Assembly (NCBI GenBank): GCA_036847185.1
Contig: DAIUAM010000001.1
Location: 68,989-132,988 of the forward strand
Origin: Actinomycetota bacterium
Lineage (GTDB): Bacteria; Actinomycetota; UBA4738
Reading direction: 5' to 3'
Length of the DNA stretch: 64,000 bases
Shown: positions 46,903-56,099 of the stretch, piece after piece
How positions within the stretch are numbered: position 1 is the stretch's first letter
How the letters are laid out: the number at the start of each line of letters is the position of its first letter
Notes under the pieces: generated by a model
Databases searched by the model: none
What the model saw: only the letters and a program-made list of their open reading frames with translations
Told to the model about the DNA's origin: nothing
Made by a program: the position numbers and the translations under genes

Positions 46903-49077
46903 GTGGACTGGGAAGCGCTGTTCGACCGGCCCATCCTGCTCGTGTCCGGCAAGGGCGGCACGGGCAAGTCGACGGTGGCGGCCGCCCTGGCGCTGGCGGC
47001 CTCCCGGACCGGACGCCACGTCCTGCTGGTGGAGATCGAAGGCCGTCATGAGATCGCCCGCTCCCTCGGGATCCCGGACCCCGGCTTCGCGGAGCGTCAG
47101 ACGCCCTGGGGCTTCCACGCGCTGGCCGTGACACCCAAGGAGGCGGTCCGCGAGTACCTCACCATCTACTTCGGCATGGACCGGGTCAGCCGGGCGCTGG
47201 TTCGAACCGGCATCCTCGACCAGATGGTCGGGCTGATCCCCGGCTTCCGCGACCTCCTGCTGGGCGGCAAGATCTTCGAGATCGAACATGTCCGGGTCTC
47301 GAACCCACGCGACGCCGGGCGGCCCGAATACGACCTCGTGGTGGTCGACGCGCCCCCCACCGGGCAGATCGCGTCCTTCCTGGTCTCGCCGGGGACCTTC
47401 GCGGAGCTGATCAAGGTCGGCCGGATGAAACGGCAGGCGGCCGGCATCGACCGGATGCTCCGCGAACGCGCCCGCCTGATCCTGGCCACGCTGCTCGACG
47501 AGATGGCGGTGACCGAGACGCTGGAGGCGGTCGAGCACGTCGCCGCCGCTCGCATGCCCGCCGCCGCGGTCGTCGCCAACCGGGTGCTGCCGGAGGTCGC
47601 GCCGAAGGGTAGCCGGCGGGCTTTCGACCGGCTTGCGCCCGACCGTCTCGCAGAGCTGGCCTCCGAAGCAGGAGCATCCGTCGACGCGACGATCGCGGCG
47701 GAGCTGCTGCGCGGAGCGCGTGTCTCGGACGAACGCCGCCGCGCCCAGATCGTGTTCCTGGACCAGCTCCGGGCCAGCCGGCTGCCGGTCTTCGAGCTTC
47801 CCGACGTGCCCGGAACAGCGGAGGAGCGGCCAGCCCAACGGATCGCCGCGCTGGCCGCCACGATCGGGAATGAGCCGGCGTCGGCGATCCCCTTGCCCCG
47901 CCGGCCGGCCCCGACCGTCGCGAAGACCAAGAAGCGCCGCCCGCCGGCGAGGGTGAGCCCCCGTGACCTCGGGCCCTATCTGCAAGGGGCACGCATCGTC
48001 GTTGTGTGCGGCTCCGGCGGGGTGGGGAAGACGACGATCTCGGCCGCAGTCGCGGTCCGCACCGCCCTGGCCGGCCGGGAGACCGCCCTCCTCACGGTCG
48101 ATCCGGCGAGGCGACTGGCCACCGCGCTCCGTCTCCCCGACGTCGCCGGAGAGCGGACGATCGTCGATCTGGGGGCGGGCCGGCAGCTGGAAGCGCTGCA
48201 GCTCGACACGCAACGAACGTTCGACGACCTGATCGCTCGGTACGCGACCTCGCCCGAGCGCCGCGACCGGATCTTGCACAACGCCTTCTACCGCCGCCTC
48301 TCCGACACGCTGGCGGGTACCCACGAGTACATGGCCATGGAGAAGCTCTACGAGCTCGCCGCGGAGGAGCAGCACGAGGCGATCGTCATCGACACGCCGC
48401 CCACCCGGAGCGCGCTCTCGTTCCTGGACGCGCCGAACCGGATGACCGACTTCCTGGGCGGGCGGCTGCTCCGGTGGATGCTGTGGCCTTCCGCCCGGGC
48501 CGGCCGCCTCGGTCTGTCCGTGGCACGGATAGGCGCGACGGCGTTCGCCCGGACCGCCGGCCGGATGGTCGGTGCCGAGGTCCTCGCGGACATCGCGGAC
48601 TTCCTGACCGCCTTCGAGGGCCTGTACGGCGGGTTCAAGGACCGCGCGGCGAAGGTGCTGGAGCTGCTGCGTTCCCCCGAGTGCGCCTATGTGGTCGTCA
48701 CCGCCCCGACCCCCCAGAGCCTGGAGGAGGCCGGGTTCTTCGTGCAGCGGCTCACCGAAGGCGGGATGCGCGCGGCGGCCGTTGTGGTGAACCGGTGGCA
48801 CCAGGAAGCCGGCCCGCTCCCCGCGGGCACGGCCCGTGCTGCGGCAACGCTCGGGGGGACCGGCGACGCCGCATCGAAGGCCGCCGGTGCCGTGCTGGCC
48901 GACCGGGTCCGACGGGAGCCCGTACGCCTGAACGAGGCGCGCGCCATCGCGGGCTTCGCCTCGGCGTTCCGGACAGTGGCCATCGTGACGGTGCCCGAGC
49001 TCGCCGGGGACGTCCAGGACGTACCGGGGCTGCGGAGGGTGGCCGACCGCCTCTTCGCTCCGGCCGACGGACCCTGA
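46903..49077 (+). CDS. Fused tandem ArsA/GET3-family ATPase (Rv3679-like + Rv3680-like modules in one ORF)
   Basis: The first P-loop is LLVSGKGGTGKSTVAAALA with DAPPTGQ. After a linker ...NEPASAIPLPRRPAPTVAKTKKRRPPARVSPRDLGPYLQGARI, the second P-loop is VVVCGSGGVGKTTISAAVA with IDTPPTRSAL. There is no stop between the two modules. The start is an in-frame GTG by codon arithmetic; TTG 46894 is an alternative. The first 55 codons of ORF 46729..49077 overlap the divergent nfeD start. Confidence 0.8.
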   Translation: MDWEALFDRPILLVSGKGGTGKSTVAAALALAASRTGRHVLLVEIEGRHEIARSLGIPDPGFAERQTPWGFHALAVTPKEAVREYLTIYFGMDRVSRALVRTGILDQMVGLIPGFRDLLLGGKIFEIEHVRVSNPRDAGRPEYDLVVVDAPPTGQIASFLVSPGTFAELIKVGRMKRQAAGIDRMLRERARLILATLLDEMAVTETLEAVEHVAAARMPAAAVVANRVLPEVAPKGSRRAFDRLAPDRLAELASEAGASVDATIAAELLRGARVSDERRRAQIVFLDQLRASRLPVFELPDVPGTAEERPAQRIAALAATIGNEPASAIPLPRRPAPTVAKTKKRRPPARVSPRDLGPYLQGARIVVVCGSGGVGKTTISAAVAVRTALAGRETALLTVDPARRLATALRLPDVAGERTIVDLGAGRQLEALQLDTQRTFDDLIARYATSPERRDRILHNAFYRRLSDTLAGTHEYMAMEKLYELAAEEQHEAIVIDTPPTRSALSFLDAPNRMTDFLGGRLLRWMLWPSARAGRLGLSVARIGATAFARTAGRMVGAEVLADIADFLTAFEGLYGGFKDRAAKVLELLRSPECAYVVVTAPTPQSLEEAGFFVQRLTEGGMRAAAVVVNRWHQEAGPLPAGTARAAATLGGTGDAASKAAGAVLADRVRREPVRLNEARAIAGFASAFRTVAIVTVPELAGDVQDVPGLRRVADRLFAPADGP

Positions 49078-49132
49078 TCGGGGACGCGGCGGGGCCGGCC
49101 TCGGACCCCAGGACGAGCGCGGGACGGCCGGC

Positions 49133-49402
49133 TCAGCCGCTGAACGCGGGCTGCAGCCGGCGGGACCTCGCGGGACGCGGCGCTTCCCGGAGCAGGACCA
49201 TGCGCTCCTTGCTGCTCAGGCCACCCCACACGCCGAACTCCACGCGGGCTGCGAGCGCGAACTGCAGGCATTCGAACGACACGGGGCAACGAGAACAGAT
49301 GGCTTTGGCCCGGCCTTCGGCACGCGGGCGGGTGGCGAAGAACATCTCCGGGTCATGATCATTGCAGCGGGCTTCCTCTTCCCAGGACATCGCTTCCGGC
49401 AT
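49133..49402 (-). CDS. whiB: WhiB family transcriptional regulator (WhiB4-like by synteny)
   Basis: 89 aa reading MPEAMSWEEEARCNDHDPEMFFATRPRAEGRAKAICSRCPVSFECLQFALAARVEFGVWGG. The 4-Cys pattern is C..C..C....C. It sits between the ArsA-like ATPase and ponA, as whiB4 does in mycobacteria. Confidence 0.8.
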   Translation of the reverse strand: MPEAMSWEEEARCNDHDPEMFFATRPRAEGRAKAICSRCPVSFECLQFALAARVEFGVWGGLSSKERMVLLREAPRPARSRRLQPAFSG

Positions 49403-49569
49403 GGTAGGCAGGCGGCCGTGCCGGGCGAATAGCCCATCGTTGCCATTTTCCCTGCCCGAAATGGCCTGGTCCGGGCAGATCCAGCTCAGGGTTCGCCCTG
49501 CCCAAACGTCTCATCGCACGGTAAGCTCAGGTCCGACCACGACGAGAGGCACGTACCCCGTGATCCGCG

Positions 49570-51950
49570 AGCCCCACACTCCATTCCGAACGACGCGCGG
49601 CGATCCCACGCTCCTCGCCCGAGCGCTGCGGCTGGTCGCACTGCCTGTGGTGATGTTCGTGACAGCGTGTCTGGTCGCACTGGGCCTGTTCCCCCTGTTC
49701 GGCGGAGCCGGCTACGCGGTCAAGGCCGTCGATTCGCGTCTGCTGACCGGGAAGGGGACCATCTCGATCCCGCAGTTCCCCGAGCGCTCCTCGATCTACT
49801 CGGCCAGCGGCAAGCGCCTGGCGACGCTGTACCTGAACGAGAACCGCCTGTACGTCACCCTGAACGAGATCGATGTGTACGCGCAGAAGGCCGTGCTCGA
49901 CATCGAGGACCACAAGTTCTACGAGCACGGGCCCATCGACGTGTCCTCGATCATCCGAGCAGCCATCGCCAACATCCGCGCCGGGAAGGCGGTGCAGGGC
50001 GCGTCGACCATCAGCCAGCAGCTCATCAAGAACACCGAGACGGGCGGCGCGCGCACCTTCCAGCGGAAGTTCCAGGAGGCCCAGGACGCGATCCTCCTGG
50101 AGAAGACCTACCAGAAGAGCCAGATCTTCGAGCTGTATCTCAACCAGGCCTACCTCGGCTACCAGGTCTACGGGATCGGGACGGCCGCCGACTACTACTT
50201 CGGGGTGCCGGCCAGCAAGCTCACGCTCGCCCAGGCGGCGCTCCTGGCCGGCATGCTGCAGGCCCCGGTTGACTACGACCCGATCAAGCATCCCGACGCA
50301 GCCATCGCCCGGCGGGACATCGTGCTCGGCGAGATGCTCAAGTATGGCGACATCACGCAGACCGATTACCAGGGCGCGATCGCCACGCCGATCAAGCTCT
50401 CCACGAAGGGCCGCACGGCCAACACCAACGGCCGCGAACCGTACTGGACGGCGTACGTGGTGAAGGAGTTCGAGGCGAACCCCGCGTTCGGAAAGACGGT
50501 GGCCGACCGCCGGAAGCTCCTCCTGCAAGGCGGGCTCACCGTCGACACCACGCTCAGCCTCGCGATGCAGAGCAACGCCCGCAAGGCCATGGTGCAGGTC
50601 CTGCCCCACCCCGGCGTGCGGCCGCCGGCCGACCCGGAGTCCGCGGTGGTGAGCATCGTCCCGCAGACGGGCGCCATCGAGGCGATGGTGGGCGGCACCG
50701 ACTTCTCCAAGTCCCAGATCGACCTGGCCAGCCAGGGCCGTCGCACGGCGGGAAGTGCGTTCAAGGCGTTCACCCTCGCCGCCGCGCTCGAGCAGAACGT
50801 GCCGCCGGGACGGGTCTACTCGTCGAAGTCCCCGCTCGACATCCCCGAGTGCGACAACTGGCACGTGTCGAACGCCGAGGGCGCCGGCGACCTCGGGTAC
50901 TTGAACCTGTGGGCCGCCACGGCGGGTTCGATCAACGTGGTGTTCGCCCAGCTGATCCGGGACATCGGGCCGCAGAGCGTGGTGGACGCCGCACACGCCA
51001 TGGGCATCACCAGCCCGCTCAACCCATTCTGCTCTCTGACGCTCGGCTCCTCGCCGGTTTCCCCGCTCGAGATGACCTCGGCGTACTCGACGCTGGCCAA
51101 CCTGGGCGTCCACTGCACGCCCTTCGCGATCTCGAAGGTCCTGGACCGCGACAGGAAGGTCATCTACTCGGCGAAGCCGCACTGCAAGCAGGCCATCCCG
51201 GGACCGATCGCCGCCCAGGAGACCGCCATGCTGCAGAACGTCGTGCGCTACGGGACGGGCACGGCCGCGAACATCGGACGGCCCCAGGCGGGCAAGACGG
51301 GGACCGGGGAGAACTTCGACGACGCGTGGTTCGTCGGCTACATCCCCCAGCTCGCCACCGGAGTCTGGGTGGGGTATTCCAAGGCCGAGAACATCTACAT
51401 GACGAACGTGGATGGCCGGCGGGGGTTCGGGGGCACACTCGCCGCCCCGATCTGGCATAACTTCATGCTGCCTTCGGTCCAGAACCTGCCGGTGAAGGAC
51501 TTCCCTGCGGCGCCCCCGCAGCAGTCCGGCACGATCCCGAACGTGGTGGGTTTGCTGCAGAAGGATGCCGAGACCACGCTGACGAAGGCGAACTTCGTGC
51601 CGATCGAGAAGACCGTCGACTCGAGCGAGCCCGCCGGCACCGTCGTGGCCCAGAGCCCGCCCGGGGGGACCACCGCCGCGCTGGGGACCGGGGTGACCAT
51701 CAACATCAGCAACGGCAAGGCCCCGCCGCCCCCGCCGAAGGTCAAGGTCCCGAACGTCGTGGGTGAGACCCAGCAGCAGGCGATGGCCGACCTGAAGGCG
51801 GCCGGGTTCAGCGCCGTCGTCCAGACGGTGATCGTGGCGGACCAGACCCAGGACGGGATCGTGCAGAGCCAGAGCCCGGCGGGCGGGACGAAGGCACCGC
51901 CGGGTTCGGCGGTCACGATCGTCGTGGGGAAGTTCGGGCCGAAACCCTGA
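49570..51950 (+). CDS. ponA: Bifunctional class A penicillin-binding protein (GT51 transglycosylase + transpeptidase) with two C-terminal PASTA domains
   Basis: GT51 motifs DIEDHKFYEHGPIDVSSIIRAAIANI and GASTISQQLIKN are present. The transpeptidase motifs are SAFK (SxxK) and a KTGT region. Two PASTA repeats near the C-terminus (IPNVVGLLQKDAETTLTKANF..., VPNVVGETQQQAMADLKAAGF...). The TM anchor is LVALPVVMFVTACLVALGLFPLF. The GTG start is approximate and lies after gagaggc. Confidence 0.85.
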
Positions 51951-52010
51951 CGCCGGCGGACCAGGGGTGAAGTCTGCCCCGCGCCGGCTCCGCCAGCTCA
52001 GCCGCTGAGC
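51951..52010. terminator. GC-rich inverted repeats between convergent ponA and yqeY ends (candidate bidirectional terminator)
   Basis: cgccggcg...gcgccggc (a 7-bp stem with a long loop) and a tight hairpin gctcag-ccg-ctgagc overlapping the yqeY stop codon. No T-tract, as usual for high-GC actinobacteria. Confidence 0.25.
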
Positions 52011-52468
52011 CGCTCCCGGACCTTCACTTGGACGGCCTTCCCGTCCACCCGGCCCTTCGCCTTGCTCATGACCAGGCCCATGACCTTGCCCAGGTCGCCG
52101 GGCCCGGCCGCGTTCGAGGTGGTCACCGCATGCTCGATCAACGCGTCGACCTCCGCCTCGCTCAGCCCTGCGGGGATGTAGGTCTCGAGCACCCGCTGCT
52201 CCTCCCGCTCAAGATCGGCGCGATCGGGCCGCCCGGCCTGCTCGTAGGCGTCGATCGCCTCCCGGCGCCGCTTCACCTCGCGGGTGGCGACCTCGACGAA
52301 CTCATCGTCGTCGAGCGGGTGGCGCAGTTCGACCTCCCGGTTCTTCACCGAGGCGGTCAGCATCCGGAGCGCGCCCAGGCGCACCTTCTCCTGAGCCTTC
52401 ATCGCCGCCCGGAGCTCCTCGGCGAGGCGGACCTTCAGCCCGCTGCCGGGCTCGGTCGGCTCCGTCAC
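51998..52468 (-). CDS. GatB/YqeY domain protein
   Basis: GTG near 52468 (VTEPTEPGSGLKVRLAEELRAAMKAQEKVRLGALRML...). 156 aa of YqeY-like sequence. The remaining 326 upstream codons of ORF 51998..53446 lie antisense to the metallophosphoesterase gene and were rejected. Confidence 0.75.
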   Translation of the reverse strand: MTEPTEPGSGLKVRLAEELRAAMKAQEKVRLGALRMLTASVKNREVELRHPLDDDEFVEVATREVKRRREAIDAYEQAGRPDRADLEREEQRVLETYIPAGLSEAEVDALIEHAVTTSNAAGPGDLGKVMGLVMSKAKGRVDGKAVQVKVRERLSG

Positions 52469-52483
52469 TAGAATCGCTCTCCC

Positions 52484-53419
52484 ATGCGCTTCCCCCTCGA
52501 GTCCACTGTAGCGAACCCGCTGCTCTGGGCGCCCGCCTCGGTGGCGGCCGCCGGGGCCGCCTGCGTTGCCTACGGGACGTTCGTGGAGCGCCGCTGGTAC
52601 CGCCGGGCCGACTACCGCCTGGACGTCCTGCCTCCCGACGCGTCGGGGTCGCTTCGGATCGTGCATGTCTCGGACCTGCACTTCGTGGCCGGCGACCGGC
52701 GGAAGGCCCGGTTCCTGGCGACGCTCCCCCAGCCCGACGTCGCGGTGGTCACCGGGGACCTGCTCGGCGAGCCCGAGGGCGTGGAGGACGTGGTGGCGGC
52801 GATCCGGCCGATCCGGGGGCGTCTGGCCTCCTTGTTCGTCCTGGGGTCGAACGACTACTGGGCCCCGAAGCCCCTCAACTACTCGGCGTACTTCCGCAAG
52901 GATCGACCCAAGCGGCCCGGCGTCCGGAGCCGGACAGGCGAGCTGCTCCGCCGGCTCGAAGCGGACGGCTGGGTCCACCTGCAGAACCGCCGCACCGAGC
53001 TCGCCCGCGACGGGGTCCGGTTCGAAGTGCTCGGCCTGGACGACCCACACATCGAACGCCACGACCTGCGCATGGCGCCCCGCCGGGATCCGGGGGCGTT
53101 CGGCATGGCCATCGTGCACTCGCCGGATCCGGTGCCGGAGCTGGTGGCGTTCGGATACCGGCTGATCCTCTCCGGGCACACGCACGGCGGGCAGGTGCGC
53201 ATGCCGTTCGTCGGTGCGCTGATCACGAACAGCCAGATCCCGACCCGGCTGTGCATGGGGCTCTCGAGGTTCGGCGACGCCTACCTGCACATCTCGCCGG
53301 GGCTCGGCACCAGCAAATACGCGCCGTTCCGCTTCCTGTGCCGGCCCGAGGCCACCGTGCTCGACCTGGTGCCGGCGGCAAGGAGACCGACGCCCGACCT
53401 GTCGTGGGTGCCCCGCTGA
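52484..53419 (+). CDS. Calcineurin-like metallophosphoesterase (Rv3683-like by synteny)
   Basis: The metal-binding motifs are VSDLHF (motif I), VTGDL (II), GSNDYW-like GNHE position (III) and ILSGHTHGGQ (GHxH). An N-terminal TM/signal is present. Confidence 0.85.
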   Translation: MRFPLESTVANPLLWAPASVAAAGAACVAYGTFVERRWYRRADYRLDVLPPDASGSLRIVHVSDLHFVAGDRRKARFLATLPQPDVAVVTGDLLGEPEGVEDVVAAIRPIRGRLASLFVLGSNDYWAPKPLNYSAYFRKDRPKRPGVRSRTGELLRRLEADGWVHLQNRRTELARDGVRFEVLGLDDPHIERHDLRMAPRRDPGAFGMAIVHSPDPVPELVAFGYRLILSGHTHGGQVRMPFVGALITNSQIPTRLCMGLSRFGDAYLHISPGLGTSKYAPFRFLCRPEATVLDLVPAARRPTPDLSWVPR

Positions 53420-53542
53420 CGGTGGCGGATCCGGAGCCTCTCGCAACTTCGATCACGGACCGTAGGGCTGCCTGCCCGGACGGCGGAGCCCCCTCGAGCC
53501 ATCAAGGCGCCCAGCGGAACGCCCGAAAGAAAGGTCAGCACC

Positions 53543-55903
53543 ATGCGCGCCCATCACGCGGTCGTTCGGCTTCGCACGTCCCTCCTGCTGCTCGGCCTGC
53601 TCGGGCTGGGCCTCCCGCTGGCCTCTGCGCCGTCCGCGACCGCCGCCATCCCGAGCCCGGCGATCCCGAAGACCATGTCCCGCCAACAGGCGGTCTGGTG
53701 GGCCTCCCTGGTCGGTTCGGCGCCGCCCGGGGTGGTCACCCGGGACGTGGGGACGGTGCGCGTGACGCGAACCTTCACCACAGCGCCCCACGCCATCTGC
53801 CCGGGGATCCGGTTCAACGCGTTCGTGCTGGCGTGGACCCAGGACGGCCCGGGCCGGCTCACGGCCTCCGTCCGAACGGGCGCCGCGGCGGACCGGCTGG
53901 GCGCCCCGGCGGCCCTCCAGGACGACACGCCGGAGGATGGACCCGATCCGGGGTCCGCGGACGCCCATCCCCGCCGGCGCTCCAGCGACCTCCTCTGGGC
54001 GGGGAACGCCGGCTGCGTGCGGTTCACGCTGACGCTTCCGGCGGGGTCGACCCTGAGCGACCTTCGGGCCGTGTTCATCGACACGATGGGGAACGCGACG
54101 GGCGGACCATCGGTGGCCACCGTGCCCGTGGCGAAGCCCGTCGCCCAGGCGACCCCGGGCACCCCGACCCCGCAGCCCTCGATCATCACCAGGGCGGGAT
54201 GGGGGGCCGACGAGAGTCTCAAGAACTGCTTCGCCGGATATTCGAACGGCGTCCAGATCGCGTTCGTCCACCACACGGCGTCGTCGAATACCTACGCGAA
54301 GAGCGACTCGGCCGGGATCGTCCGGGCGATCTACTACCAGCACACCGTCCTCAACGGGTGGTGCGACATCGCCTACAGCTTCCTGGTCGACAAGTACGGC
54401 CAGATCTTCGAGGGGCGGTGGGGCGGCACCTCGAAACCGGTCATCCCGGCGGCGACCATGGGCTTCAACACAGGCTCGACTGCGGTCTCCGCGATCGGCA
54501 ACTACCAGACGGCGGCCCCGTCGTCGGCCCTGCTTGCCTCGATGAAGAGCCTGCTGGCCTGGCGGATGGACCAGTCGCACACGCCGGCGACGGGCACGGT
54601 CTCGATGTACTCCTACGGAGGCGACAGCAACCGCTTCGCCGCTGGGACCTGGGTGAAGCTGAACCGTATCTCCGGGCACCGGGACGGCAACTACACCGAT
54701 TGCCCGGGGGACGACCTCTACAACCAGCTGGGGAGCATCCGCACGTCGGTCTCGAGCATGGGCCTGCCGAAGATCTACTCGCCGGTCCAGTCGCAGCTGA
54801 GCTTCGCTCCGGGCCGGTCGACCGTGACGTGGTCGGCGGCCGGCTCGGCCTCGCTCTCCTGGGACCTCCAGGTCCTGGACTCTCACAGCGCGCTGATGGC
54901 CGAGTGGAAGACGTCGGGCGCCTCCACGACGGCGACGTGGGACGGGACGTCGGGAGGCCTGGCGGTCGCCACCGGCCTGTACACCGTCACGCTGACCGGG
55001 GCGGCCGGATCCGCCCTGGCGACGCCCGTCCAGTGGACCGTCTCCGTGGTCTCCCCGCCGAACCCCCAGGCCGGCGTGGCCCCCTCGGCGACGGACTCCG
55101 GGACGGGGATCCCCGGGCAGGGCCAGAACGATCTCGTCGAGCAGGATGCCTCGGGCGGGATCGAGGACATCCCGTGGACGTCAGGGCTCGGGTGGGGGAG
55201 CCCCGTGGACCTGGGCGGCGTGTTCGCCTCTGCGCCGGCCGCCGCCTCGGACAGCCCGGGCCAGCTCCGCGTGTTCGCCCTGGGGACCGACGGCAACCTC
55301 TACTGGGACACGCGGACGAACAAGGGGGTGTGGTCCGGCTGGATCTCCCTGGGCGGAGGCGGCTTCACGTCCCGCCCGGCGGCGGTCTCGTGGGGCCCGA
55401 ACCGGGTCGACCTGTTCATCCGAGGGCCCAGCGGGAGCCTCCTTCATCGCTGGCTGAACACCGCGACGTGGTCGAACTGGGAGGACCTTGGCGGCATCCT
55501 GGCTGCGGGGACCGGCCCCTCCGTCGCGTCGATGGGCTCGAACAAGCTGGAGGTGTTCGTCCAGGCCACGAACGGCGCCCTCGACGTGAAGACGTATGCA
55601 CCGTGGAAATGGTCCGGGTGGGGGACGCTGGGCGGCATCATGATCGGGGAGGCCGGGGCGGCGTCCCCAACGACCGACGAGGTCGACGTGTTCGTGCGGG
55701 GCACGGACAACCGGATCTCGTACCGGGTCCTGACCACGAGCTGGACGAACTGGAAGGGGCTGGAAGGGAACCTCATCGCCGGGCCGGCCGCGGCGTCCCC
55801 GATCGACGGCGACCTGGCGGTCGACGCGTTGGTGAGCGGTGGGACCCTGCAGGAACGGAGGTTCCACCAGGGCATCTGGTCCGCCTGGGCTCCGCTCCCC
55901 TGA
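53543..55903 (+). CDS. Secreted N-acetylmuramoyl-L-alanine amidase (Amidase_2/PGRP domain) with C-terminal tryptophan-rich beta-propeller-like repeats
   Basis: Signal peptide MRAHHAVVRLRTSLLLLGLLGLGLPLASAPSATAA. The Amidase_2 core includes GWGADESL, IAFVHHTASSN and the Zn-ligand region ISGHRDGNYTDCPGD. The C-terminal ~330 aa carries four repeats of about 45 aa with the pattern W(S/T)xW(x)LGG...(D/N)xVDLF/VFV (VWSGWISLGGGGFTS, WSNWEDLGGILAAGTGP, WSGWGTLGGIMIGEAGA, WTNWKGLEGNLIAGPAA). Confidence 0.75.
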   Translation: MRAHHAVVRLRTSLLLLGLLGLGLPLASAPSATAAIPSPAIPKTMSRQQAVWWASLVGSAPPGVVTRDVGTVRVTRTFTTAPHAICPGIRFNAFVLAWTQDGPGRLTASVRTGAAADRLGAPAALQDDTPEDGPDPGSADAHPRRRSSDLLWAGNAGCVRFTLTLPAGSTLSDLRAVFIDTMGNATGGPSVATVPVAKPVAQATPGTPTPQPSIITRAGWGADESLKNCFAGYSNGVQIAFVHHTASSNTYAKSDSAGIVRAIYYQHTVLNGWCDIAYSFLVDKYGQIFEGRWGGTSKPVIPAATMGFNTGSTAVSAIGNYQTAAPSSALLASMKSLLAWRMDQSHTPATGTVSMYSYGGDSNRFAAGTWVKLNRISGHRDGNYTDCPGDDLYNQLGSIRTSVSSMGLPKIYSPVQSQLSFAPGRSTVTWSAAGSASLSWDLQVLDSHSALMAEWKTSGASTTATWDGTSGGLAVATGLYTVTLTGAAGSALATPVQWTVSVVSPPNPQAGVAPSATDSGTGIPGQGQNDLVEQDASGGIEDIPWTSGLGWGSPVDLGGVFASAPAAASDSPGQLRVFALGTDGNLYWDTRTNKGVWSGWISLGGGGFTSRPAAVSWGPNRVDLFIRGPSGSLLHRWLNTATWSNWEDLGGILAAGTGPSVASMGSNKLEVFVQATNGALDVKTYAPWKWSGWGTLGGIMIGEAGAASPTTDEVDVFVRGTDNRISYRVLTTSWTNWKGLEGNLIAGPAAASPIDGDLAVDALVSGGTLQERRFHQGIWSAWAPLP

Positions 55904-55977
55904 CCCGGCTACGGCGCGCGAGATGCCCCCGTTCCGACCGCGTAGACTGGCTCGGCCCGGCGGTCCGCCGCCGGCAT

Positions 55978-56051
55978 CGGGACGTAGCGCAGTTTGGTAG
56001 CGCGCAGCGTTCGGGACGCTGAGGTCGCGGGTTCAAATCCCGCCGTCCCGA
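55978..56051 (+). tRNA. tRNA-Pro (anticodon CGG)
   Basis: Manual fold. The acceptor cgggacg pairs with cgtcccg. The D-arm is gcgc/agtttggta/gcgc. The anticodon stem is cagcg/cgctg with loop ttCGGga (G37). The variable loop is aggtc. The T-arm is gcggg/ttcaaat/cccgc. The discriminator is A. CCA is not encoded. Length 74 nt. Confidence 0.85.
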
Positions 56052-56066
56052 CTCGGAGGACATTCC

Positions 56067-56078
56067 GGTCGGCCGACC
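56067..56078. repeat. Perfect 12-bp palindrome ggtcggccgacc between tRNA-Pro and the convergent cyclase gene end
   Basis: Direct reading. It lies 16 nt after the tRNA 3' end and 22 nt before the stop of the minus-strand gene. It is a possible processing/termination or protein-binding site. Confidence 0.4.
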
Positions 56079-56099
56079 AGGTATCGCATGCTCTCTCGG

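Noticed and set aside
46888-48801. 637-aa minus-strand ORF
   Set aside because: Antisense to the ArsA-like fusion gene, whose frame has two P-loops and full-length similarity to Rv3679/Rv3680-type proteins.
49527-51458. 643-aa minus-strand ORF
   Set aside because: Antisense to ponA, whose GT51/TPase/PASTA motifs are unambiguous.
53251-56022. 923-aa plus-strand ORF overlapping the amidase gene and the tRNA
   Set aside because: An alternate frame of the amidase region with Arg/Gly/Pro/Asp-rich composition. It also runs through tRNA-Pro.
55904-56099. tRNA-Sec (selC) candidate near the only tRNA
   Set aside because: The single tRNA folds as a standard 74-nt tRNA-Pro (CGG) with a 5-nt variable loop. 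There is no long variable arm and no UCA anticodon.
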